This document shows, piece by piece, positions 1 to 10,900 of a stretch of 64,000 bases of DNA. The DNA is from Strigamia acuminata (taxonomy: Eukaryota): positions 29,202,001 through 29,266,000 of the forward strand of contig OX442314.1 in the NCBI GenBank assembly GCA_949358305.1, written 5' to 3'. Under the pieces are notes generated by a model. It was not told the DNA's origin, ran no database searches, and saw nothing but the letters and a program-made list of their open reading frames with translations. How positions within the stretch are numbered: the stretch's first letter is position 1; every line of letters begins with the position of its first letter. Made by a program: the position numbers and the translations under genes.

Positions 1-3000
1 CTTTTGGTCACGTTCGCCGATCAAAATCCCGGGCTTACGAAAGTGAGATTAATTTAAATTTAAATGTCGTCGCTAAAACTGTACCAGATTCGTAATAAAT
101 CGTAGTTTTGGTGACAGATCGAGCAGAGTTTGGACGAATTGGCCGTGCGGACGCAGAAGGAGTTGGTGCTGTTGCATAAAGACGCGTCGAACAAACCGCG
201 CAACACGATGTATTGGTTGTCGGTGCGCAATTGGTGTTGTTTTCACCATCACCTGAGGTGTCCGGCGCACATGTTCTTCAGCGATCACGAGAAAGAAGTA
301 GTGGAATTTATTTGTGTATTTTTTAATTTGTTTTAATTTATTTTTTTGTTTTTTTTTAGACTGAAATGTATTTGAGGATGTACGAAATAACTCCGAATGT
401 TAATTCGGATTTTTCTCGGCTGGCGAGGTTTTTGACGGGGACTTCGGTTGGTTTGGTGCTGGGGGGCGGCGGAGCTAGGTAATGTTTGTGGGAGTTGAGG
501 AGTTGGTGATTGATGTGGTTTGATTGCAGAGGGTCTGCGCATGTTGGTATTATACAAGCGATGCGCGAGTACAATGTGCCGATTGATATGGTTTGTGGGG
601 TCAGTATCGGGGCTTTGGTCGGTGCGATGTGGTGTATGGAACATAATGATATTCAGATGATGTTGTATAAGGCACGCCAATGGGCGAAGGTAATTTTTGA
701 ATTTTATTTTGTCAGAAATTGCAGCAGTTGCATGATTTTGATGAGAATTGAACATTTTTGTAAGAGGTTCTGAAAATTGCAACAAAATTGCACATACTAG
801 TTTAAAAATTGCACAAATTTGCTTAAAAATTGCATAAACATGCTTAAAAATTGCATAAACATGCTTAAAAATTGCATAAACATGCTTAAAAATTGCATAA
901 ACATGCTTAAAAACTGCATAAATTTGTTTAAAAAATGCACACGACGTAAATTTGTTTAAAAAATGCACACGACGTAAATTTGTTTAAAAAATGCACAAAT
1001 TTGCTTAAAAATTGCGTAAACATGCTTAAAAATTGCGTAAACATGCTTAAAAATTGCGTAAACATGCTTAAAAATTGCACTAATTTGTATAAAAATTGCA
1101 CAAATATGCTTAAAAATTGCAACAAATATGTTAAAAATTGCAATGCACATGCTTACAAATTGCACAAGTTTGCAACAAACGTGCAATAAAATTACAACCA
1201 CTTGCAACAAAATTTGCAACAATATTCAACAAAATCTGCAACAATTTGCAACAAAATACCGCAAATCTGCAACTAAATTAAAAAATTCCATCAAACGCAG
1301 ACATTATCACCATGGTTCTGGCAAATCTTCGACGTCACTTTCCCCGCCGTGGCTCTCTTGACCGGCCGAAGCTTCAACGCGACAATCCGCGAAGCATTCC
1401 ACGACACCCAAATCGAAGACCTCTGGCTGCCCTACTTTTGCGTATCTACCGACATAACCGACAGCACGTACCGTGTTCACAACCGCGGTTCCTTATGGCG
1501 ATACGTTCGCGCCAGCATGACACTAGCCGGATACCTACCCCCAATGTGCGACCCCATAGACGGCCACATGCTTCTAGACGGCGGGTACACCAACATTCTT
1601 CCAGGTGAACAAAATCCAAAGAATTACCGTCAAATTAACTCGAAATTTCGTTCCAGCCGACGTGATGCAGCACCGGGGCCGCGTACAGACAATTTTGGCC
1701 GTGGATGTGAGCAAGCACGACGAGCCGGAATTTACGAATTTTGGGGATTCGCTGTCGGGGTTTCGAGTGCTTTTTAGCTGGATAAATCCGTGGGGAAAGG
1801 AATTAAAAGTTGGTTTGTTGGTGGTGTTGGTTTTGAGTTGTTGATGATGGGATGAATTAGGTTCCGAGTCTTCCGGATCTGCAGTCTCGGCTGTCGTTGG
1901 CGAGCGGCGTGCGCATGCTGGAGAAGGTTCGGCAGGATGAGAGTTTCCATTATATTCGGCCTCCGGTTAATAATTTTGAGACTTTGGAGTTTGGGAGTTT
2001 TGAAGAGATTAAGGTTAGATGTTGTGTTGAAGATGTCTTTTTGGTAACATTAGGTGCGTTTAATCATCGAAAGACAAAATAGGTGCGTTCAATCTGCTTG
2101 TAGAAAGTCACTTAATTGCCTTAACTGCTTTTCAGAGGGCGGAAGTGACGATAATTGACCAAGTAAATTCACATAAGTGACTTTCAGGAAAATAACTGGA
2201 AAGTTCCTTTTCCACCTTTTAGAAGTCACTTACATATGCGTGCGTGTGCACATTGCGCATTGCGCATTTAACACAGCTATAGTGGCAGCCATTTTGTTCT
2301 CGATCTGACTGGCTATGAGTTTGTCACCACCAAGAAAACGAACTCGAAGTCTGGTGGTAAGTAAATGTATTCAATGAAAAGTGACTTTAAGGAAAGGAAG
2401 GAAAGTGAAAGCCACTTCTACCACAGATTGAATGCACCTATTACCTTCTCCTTAAAGAAGTGACTTAAATAAGTGATCCCGGTATTGAAATTTTTCCCAT
2501 TTTAAATTCCGCGGCTATTCATTCCGCGATTATTCAGTTTATGATATCCGGTTCAACAAGTGCTGATTGCTATTTCAACAAGTGCTGATTGGAAAAGTAA
2601 TGACCTATTGAAAAACCGTCTGTACGATCTGGTTAGGGCTGGTAACCAGGAGTTTTAGCCACAGTGAAGCAGAGATACTGTATTACTAACCCCCCCCATT
2701 TAGTCTCAAAATGTATCAAAATGGGACTTTGGCCCTTCTGGGCTGGTGGCCCTCCTGGGCCACGGCTTTACAAAAATTTTAAGTTAATTTGCCCTCCCGG
2801 TCCGACGGCCCTTTTGGGCCATGTTTAATTTTTTCAACTTTTGCAAAAATTACAATGGCCCTCCTGGGCCACCACACTTTGCCATTTATTTCCGCGGTTA
2901 TTATTTCTGCGGTTATTATGGAAACCCCGTCGTATCTTGTTTGGAGAAGTCATTTCAGACGAATAAGTCAATTTGTCTTTTGACGATTGAATACACCTCA

Positions 3001-3505
3001 TGTTAAAAATATTATGTTGCCGTTTGGTTACAATGTTGGAAATATAAGGTGTCCCATGAAATTGGCCTGGGATTATCGTTTCACTGACTTAAAGACTAAA
3101 AATGTCCATTAATCTGTTTTGACAAAACGTGTTTGAGAATGAAAAGAATGTTTACGTAATCGATCAAAAGTGCAGGTGGACTGTCAAAAGATTATTGGGC
3201 CATTATCTTTTGGTGGGATCCGTCTTGGTAAACTGTAGACTTATCATCGAACTTGGAAGGAGTTCTTTCAGAGTTCATTGATGAACTGTCTTTGTCTGAA
3301 TTAGTTCGCCAAGATGGAGGTTCATCGAAATTTGAAAAGATCGTGTTTTGTGGGGACACCGTGTGAGTTGTGTTTTGGTTATGATTTTGAGAAATTGTTT
3401 GTTTTTTAGGATATTGGATATTCATTCGCACGTGACTTGTTAATAACGATGCGAGTACAGGGCAAACTACCAGGTCCTTATTTTAAACACAAGAAAAAGG
3501 ATTGA
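1..3505 (+). CDS. sws: Swiss cheese / neuropathy target esterase (PNPLA6/7-like patatin phospholipase), 3' exons: <1-42, 118-~300, 360-478, 530-689, 1301-1604, 1657-1808, 1861-2013, 3410-3505
   Basis: Spliced translation gives NTE hallmark strings: [26 protein letters not shown], nucleophile elbow [53 protein letters not shown], and a final exon DIGYSF...KKKD-stop. Introns have GT-AG ends with consistent phases. The 5' part lies outside the window. Confidence 0.95.
770..1140. repeat. 21-bp minisatellite (AAAAATTGCATAAACATGCTT-like) in sws intron
   Basis: Tandem imperfect 21-mers visible directly; they produce the spurious repetitive ORFs at 333-1222. Confidence 0.9.
2053..2997. mobile_element. 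Non-autonomous TIR element (MITE) in last sws intron
   Basis: GGTGCGTTTAATCATCGAAAGACAAA at 2053 pairs with TTTGTCTTTTGACGATTGAATACACC ending at 2997. Confidence 0.65.
2082..2438. mobile_element. Related MITE nested inside the 2053-2997 element
   Basis: TA|GGTGCGTTCAATCTG ... CAGATTGAATGCACC|TA: inverted termini with TA flanks. Confidence 0.75.
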
Positions 3506-4044
3506 AACAAGAAATGATTTCAACTGTATCAACCATAGAGAATAATGTTTTTATTTTAAATTTATTGTAAATAAATTTTTAAAATAAAATTCAAAATAAT
3601 GTGCTAAAATATCGCCCTATTCCAATTGATTAGAACATCTGAAAGCAGAAAAATAATACGGAGTAATAGATTGTCGTAAAACGTTGGGAAATTGGGAAAG
3701 CAAATAGAATCTGCGCTTTATGCATCACTCGTTTTAGTAATGGCGTCAAGTAGAGTATTGCATGGCAGGGAAGCCAACCGCTGTTCCAGGCGGAACATTT
3801 CATCTATAAAGCGTGCCTGCACTATATAATTAGCGACTGTGTTTGTGACAAAATTAAAACATGAGCTTTAACGTATAATTATTATTTTCAACTTTTCTGA
3901 CAGAAAAAAAATTTATTAAAATTCATAAACAACTGATCACTGAGTAAATTATACGTCTCTAATGCACGCTGTATTGTACATGATATACACACTATAATTA
4001 ATAAAATTGTGTTTTTCACTTTGTAGTGACCATGAGGAGGGTCT

Positions 4045-4474
4045 TTCAAAAATGTAATATTTTCTTTCAAAAATGTACTATTTTTATTCAAAAATGTAAT
4101 ATTTTTATTCAAAAATCTAATATTTTTATTCAAAAATGTACTATTTTTATTCAAAAATGTACTATTTTTATTCAAAAATGTACTATTTTTATTCAAAAAT
4201 GTACTATTTTTATTCAAAAATGTACTATTTTTATTCAAAAATGTACTATTTTTATTCAAAAATGTACTATTTTTATTCAAAAATGTACTATTTTTATTCA
4301 AAAATGTACTATTTTTATTCAAAAATGTACTATTTTTATTCAAAAATGTACTATTTTTATTCAAAAATGTACTATTTTTATTCAAAAATGTACTATTTTT
4401 ATTCAAAAAATGTACTATTTTTATTCAAAAAATGTACTATTTTTATTCAAAAATCTAATATTTTCTTTCAAAAA
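4045..4474. repeat. 21-bp minisatellite (TTCAAAAATGTACTATTTTTA)n, about 20 units
   Basis: Directly visible near-perfect tandem array. Confidence 0.95.
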
Positions 4475-4968
4475 TAGATGCACGGGCTCAGCATACTCTC
4501 AATTGAACTTGGGATTACATTATGACACGGGTCTGAGCTGATCAAAACAACTTACTGGTAATTGAATATCTATATTAACCAAAATGACAAAACGCGTATT
4601 GAACAAACCTGTCTAAATTGATTAAATTGATTAAATTGACTAAAATGGTCGTGGGTGGGATGACCTTACCTATTGGGCAGTGTATGGTAGTGATGCAGGT
4701 CATCCTTGGGTGGCCAAGTGGTCACAAACTCAATATTATTTAAATTTATTTTCATATCGTGCTGCACTATAATTATCATCACCAATGTTTGTGAGAACTG
4801 ACAAGTGCACTTGCGCTTTTTATTTATTATTTATTTTCATAGAAAATGAATATTAAAATTAATGTATATTGATTGAATTTTTAATTTAAGTTTTTCATAA
4901 ACAACCGGAGACACGAGTTAAGCTAGGTGTCGAAGGTCTGTCATTACCACGGTAGAATTTGATGCAAA

Positions 4969-7900
4969 ATGACTGTGGTGAAAGCTCTCAGGCTTCGCCG
5001 AAGCCATATTCGTCGTTTTGTACGGCAAGAAATGCAAACTTCACTGTCGGGCAATGATAGTTTGAAGTTTATTGATAATGTTTTCAACAAAGAAAAGAGT
5101 AGTTTAGTCCGGGCAGTTTGGTTCGTTGTTTTGATCGTTTGTGGCACCATTTGTTGTTACCAGACAATAGAAAGAATCCAATTCTACATTGATGGACATA
5201 TCAAAGTTGAAATTGAATACGTTCCAATAGCTGAAATGACATACCCAGAATTGAGGTTCTTTGGTCTCGATACCGGATCTTTGTCCGAATACTGGGAAAA
5301 AATGCCAGAAGTTTCTTTAATGCAAGACAAACTCAAAAGATTACGTGAATGTATTTTGCCAGTGAGAAGCATGATGTCTGTAGCAGTGAAAATTGAAAAT
5401 TATGCAGATTTTTGGTTAAAAAGCAACATTTCAAGCAATTTACAGCACATCAAGATAAGACAGGTATTTAATCCTATTATTTTCGTAATACTGGATGGGA
5501 AATTATGTTGATATTATGTATTGTGACCATGAAATTGTTAGTTTTTAATGATATAAGTTGGTTTGTCTTGCTACCAATAAAATTACTGATGTCGTCATGC
5601 AGCTTTCATATTTTTCCCTTAGCAACGGTTGGCCAGGGAAAAGGGACAATAAAGAGTTGCTTCTTTGTTAGAGAGTAGCCACAAATGACCTTTCTTGTGT
5701 AAAATAAGAAGTGAAGTTAGACACTAAATCATAAGCTCTGTCTGAATTATTCCATCTTCAGGGCAAGGATGGGATGCCAAGGAATTGTTCACTGATGCTG
5801 AAGCTCAGCATCCTACAATTGTCATCATAAGTATTCAGACAATGGTAAAAATCAATGCTAAAGAAGTGTTCGTAGGACCAGAATTTTTCAATTTTATTCA
5901 TGGACATGATAGTAAATGACAATAAATTCATGGATGGACGTGATGCCATAATTTGTTTATAGTATGGGGAATGAAAATTATTCACACCCCTGCTCTTGTC
6001 CACAACTGGACTCCCACAACTGCACTACTCATACTCAACCCTCTCCTCTTCCTTACTGGGTCGGATCATCCCATGGTAGGATAGGGCTTATCTCAGGGCC
6101 ATTGGTCTGTTTATATCTGACTTGTATGATAAATTCATTAAAAGTTATAAGTCATATGTCCATACATTTAGTGAAAGCATTTTAATAAAGGGACATATAA
6201 CATGAAAGCCAAGTTCCGATCGTATCTCGGCACAAGTACCCTCTACTTGATTAGCGGCGTCAAATATGTGTAGTGTGCATTTTATTTGTATCCAGTAATC
6301 TGCTGAATTACATCTATAATCGTATAACTTTTCAGGGCAAAACTGTATTGCATGAAACAACAATTAAAGAAGGAATTTCTAGAAAGGATAACACAGAAAC
6401 TTCACTAAGCTATCGAAATGATGTAACTGGACGATCTTTGGTTTTTACTTCTGGTTAGAATTAAAAACAAAATAAAATAATTTTGAAGTTTTAATATTTT
6501 TGACTAAATCTATAGATCGAAAATTAGCACTAAATATGAAAGGAAACATAATCTTTAAAACGAATTCAACCAACTGCCAAATACCACAGATTTCGGTAAG
6601 AATCTCATCTTTTACTATTTTATTAGAGTTTGTAACTTATACTTTTATTTTTACACTCTTGAATATTAGATGAGTACGATAGTTAGCGTCATGTCTTACC
6701 AATACACTTTTTCGGTGGCGTCAGGAATTGAATCAGATATTCAATTTTTTATTCGAAGTGTAAGCTCAATTAAGTTAAAGATATTGAGAAATTTGTAGTG
6801 CATCACAAAAGTGTATAAATTAGAATATATCAGATATCAGCTTTTCCATCTTGTTTATTGTAACGGATCACCAAAAATAGTAATGCTGCATTTGTTTTTT
6901 GGTAGTATCAATTTTTAGCTTCGAGACATCCCTATTGTGAACCGGATAAGAAAAAGGAAACCCAATGCTACGAAGATTGTGTGAGGAAAAAAACTCCTCA
7001 ACGATGCAGGTCTAATTGCATGCAACATCTAAATATTGATAAACTCATAGATTTTTGGCTTACCAGGTTGCCTTTTATGTCCAACAAAAATTTGATGGAT
7101 TGCAGTTTAGAGTCAAACAAATCAATTGTGGCTGAAATGTATGAAGAAGCATTTTTCCATGAAACAACTACACTGCCATCGTTTGAATGTGGTTGCTTGA
7201 GATCTTGTGAACGGAATGTTTATTTGTTTGCATTATATTCTGATACAGGTTAAACTATAATATCTTCTATTTTTATGCATAATTCTCAAAATTATTATGT
7301 TTTAAGTTAGATTTTCAAGATGAACCAAATGGCAAAGATCTAATAAGTCTCAATTTTAAAGTATTGGAAGAATTGTTTGTCAGAATGACAGAAACCTACA
7401 TTTACACCATTCCAAACTTATTGATCGATTTTGGGGGCAATTTGGGATTCTCCTTGGGACTTTCTCTTCTGTCTTTAATTGAAATTGCACAAATGTTTCT
7501 TCTCATTTTGTCTAAATATATCAGACCTGCTCAACTTAAAGGGAGCATAAAAAAGAAAACTACCAAGTTAATGCATTTGGTCATTGACAAAAAGAAAGAT
7601 GTTTCTCAAAGTGTGATGCAGCAGCCACAAAAAAAACTTCTACTGCAATCTACATTGAATTTAATTCTAATATTTACTTCTGCAATATTGGCAGTTTATG
7701 TGAGCAAAGAAAGAATCACATTATATATGAGTGAGCCGACAAGATATGTGGTAATTATTCAAGAAAATCACACATTGTATTTACCCAATTTAATTGCGTG
7801 TAAGGATGGACCATTAATGACTAAATACAGGCGAACATATGCTAAAGAAATAGGCATGAATGAATGCAAGATTCATTTTATCAATTTAATGAACATGACT

Positions 7901-10900
7901 AAAAATCATAAAAAACCATCAATAGAAGATGTGTGGCGATTCCAAACGCCTCAGATGAATAAAGGAGCAATGGACAATGCCTATTTTGTAAGTATTCCTC
8001 TAAAGATGGGTTCACATCTGCATATACATCGCGGATATTTGCCTCAAAATTGCGATGTTACGCATGTGTGGACCCATCTTGATACACATAACGTATCGTC
8101 AACTTTCAAAAGGTTTATAAACCAAATAAAATTTTGAGCACTAACGACAAATATTAGTCAAAAGTGAATTTAGTTGTTATTGTATGGCAATAAAGGGCGC
8201 CAATATCAAGGATTGAGTACGAATGCACCCAGTATTCTGCATTCAATCACGTGATTGCGAGATTATGCATATACATTTTTACAGCAGGTCCTCAACTTTT
8301 GAACTACCGTAGTACAGTTACAAGAACTTGTTCTTCTGTCAAGGATGTACACAGTGAAAAAATTGTTCACCCAGTAATTAAGGAAAACATTTGTGAATCC
8401 TATTTTTTTTGTATGATTTTTTATCTATTATAAATTAATAAACAACAATAAGAGCGTGGGTTTTGCGCTTATCCTAGTGCCAACCACGTAAACTAATTTG
8501 TAATTGGTATCTTTGAAATTTGGATGTTCGTAACCAGGGCTGGACTGGGTACAATTTGCGGCGATCGGGGTCTTACTACTCAATATTTTGAAAAAATATC
8601 AAGTAATCACTGTTGAGATGCCGTATAGGACTTCTACTCAGCGGCCAAGTTTGTCTAGGGGAAATGATTTAACACATGAAATATAATAAAAGAAAATCGA
8701 TTTAATTGTTCTAACATACAATAAAATTATAAAGCAATGAAACGGGCAAAATGTCTTCTCGAATATACACTCACGGTTGCTCAGCTCCAAAGATGGCGTC
8801 GATGGCGTTGCGTGAGCGCGGATTTTGGCAGAGCAAGCTCAACGCCAAAATCTACCTCAAAATTTACCCTAATTTCTGTGGATCACGCTCAACACAGAAA
8901 TCACTTCTCGAGCACACAGCTTATTTTTGTGGAGCACGCTCAACACAAAGATCATCCTTGATTAACAGAGCAAGCTCAATGTTAATCCACACAGTAAATG
9001 ATGGCTTTGATCACACTTACAAGTAGACCACAGGAGTGTGTCCCTCATCACAATTGTTAGAATTATTGTTAAATGAAGTATTCATATGACCTGAGCAATG
9101 TTTCTTTCAAATGTTTAAATGCACCTCTCTCTCACATTGTTACAAACTGTTATTTATTTATGTTTTGAGTAAAAAGGTCAAGTTTAGCATTTCACTTGGT
9201 GATTAGCCTGTTCAAACCTTACTCTGGAACCCAAGTAATTTGATATCACATGACATCACAACTTTGTTCACCAACATGACTGCCTGCATGAAGACAACAA
9301 TAGTTTGTAGTGATGGTCCAGTCGTTAAGGCAATGGACCAGGAATCTTTCCACACAGGTTCAAATCCTGTTTTCTGTGAAATTTTTTACTTTTATTTTTT
9401 ATTTATTTTTAGCAGTAATGTTAATGTTTGTTATTTTATATTTGTTTTTAGAAAGTTTTAATTTAATTAATTTTAATTTTTTAACAAATATAAAATTACA
9501 AACATTAACATTACTGCTAAAAATTTTACAAAAAAATAAAAGTAAAAATTTTCACAGACAACAGGATTTGAATCTGAGTAGAAAGATTCCTGGTCCATTG
9601 CCTTAACCACTGGACCACCACGACAAACTATTGTTGGTTTCATGCAGGCAGTGATGTTGGTGAACAAAGTTGTGATGTCATATGTCATGTGATATCAAAT
9701 TACTTGGGTTCCTGAGTAAGGTTTGAACAGGCTAATCACCAAGTGTAGTGCTACACTTGACCTTTTTACTCAAAAAATCAAAAAATAGTCTTTCAACACA
9801 CAATAAAGAATCCTGTGTGTTGTAACTGTTTGTGACAATGTGAGAGAGAGGTGCATTTAAATATTTGAAAGAAACATTGCTCAGGTCATGTGAATACTTT
9901 ATTTAACAATAATTTTAACAATTGTGAGGGACACACTCCTGCGGTCTCCTTGTTAGTAATCAAAGCAAGAGGTGCTATTCTTTACAGTTGGCACATTCCA
10001 GCAATGACACTCCTCAGGAGAATAAGGTTCTGCAGAATTCTGCATATTCTGCAGAAAAATTTTCTGCAGAAAAAATTACCAAATTCTGCAGAATTCTGCA
10101 GAAAAATGTTAACCTCTTCTGCAGAATATTTTCGGCTGGCAATTTTTCTGCAGAATATTTTCAGCTGGCAATTTTTCTGCAGAATATTTTCAGCTGGCAA
10201 TTTTTCTGCAGACTTCTGCAGAGAAAAAAAATTTTCTGCAGAATTTTTTTTGCAGGCAAATTTTCTGCAGAATTCTGCAGATTTTTTTTATCTGGGTCAA
10301 TTTCTCCAAGTTATCACAGATTACACTTAGCAATTGGGCATAAGTTTGACACAGTTGTGAAGTTGTTGGAAACAGAATCAAGAGTGATTCCAAATGTGCC
10401 AAAATATCTTGGCTTACACCGAATTCTGCGCAGAAAAGCTGAGCAGAACACCAAAATACGAAGATCACACGCTGCCGCCTTTGGGTCGTGTGCAGACCGT
10501 CAGTTAGGCGCGCCCAGGTAAAAAAAATCTGCAGAATTCTGCAGAAAAATTGCCAGCCAAAAATATTCTGCAGAAAAGGTTAACATTATTCTGCAGAATT
10601 CTTCAGAATTTGGAAATTTTTTCTGCAGAAACTTTTTCTGCTGAGAATGCAGAATTCTGCAGAACCTTTTTCTCCTGGGCGTGCAGCTGGTGCAACATCA
10701 AAAAGATGCGCCTTGCACCGTGATTAGTTGAGTTTGTTGCCAAGCCACAATTTGGCATAAATTATTATTTAAGCTAAATAATACTGTGTTGGCTCTATGG
10801 TTATGTGGAATATATTCTATTCCAACTTTAAATGAAATAAAACAAGAAGTAAGTTATAGCTTTATTTATTAAACTATTTGGAAATATGGTGCTCACTCAA

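Noticed and set aside
333..1222. Repetitive ORFs (AIFKHVY)n, (NCVNMLK)n
   Set aside because: Translations of a 21-bp intronic minisatellite.
3888..4541. ORFs (NKNSTFL)n, (QKCTIFI)n and possible CRISPR-like array
   Set aside because: Head-to-tail 21-bp minisatellite with no unique spacers, in a eukaryotic context.
9310..9622. Two functional tRNA genes
   Set aside because: A/B boxes are present but no convincing acceptor stem or cloverleaf; they are parts of a palindromic repeat.
9890..10521. 146 and 177 aa ORFs
   Set aside because: Arise from TTCTGCAGAA palindromic repeats of a MITE.
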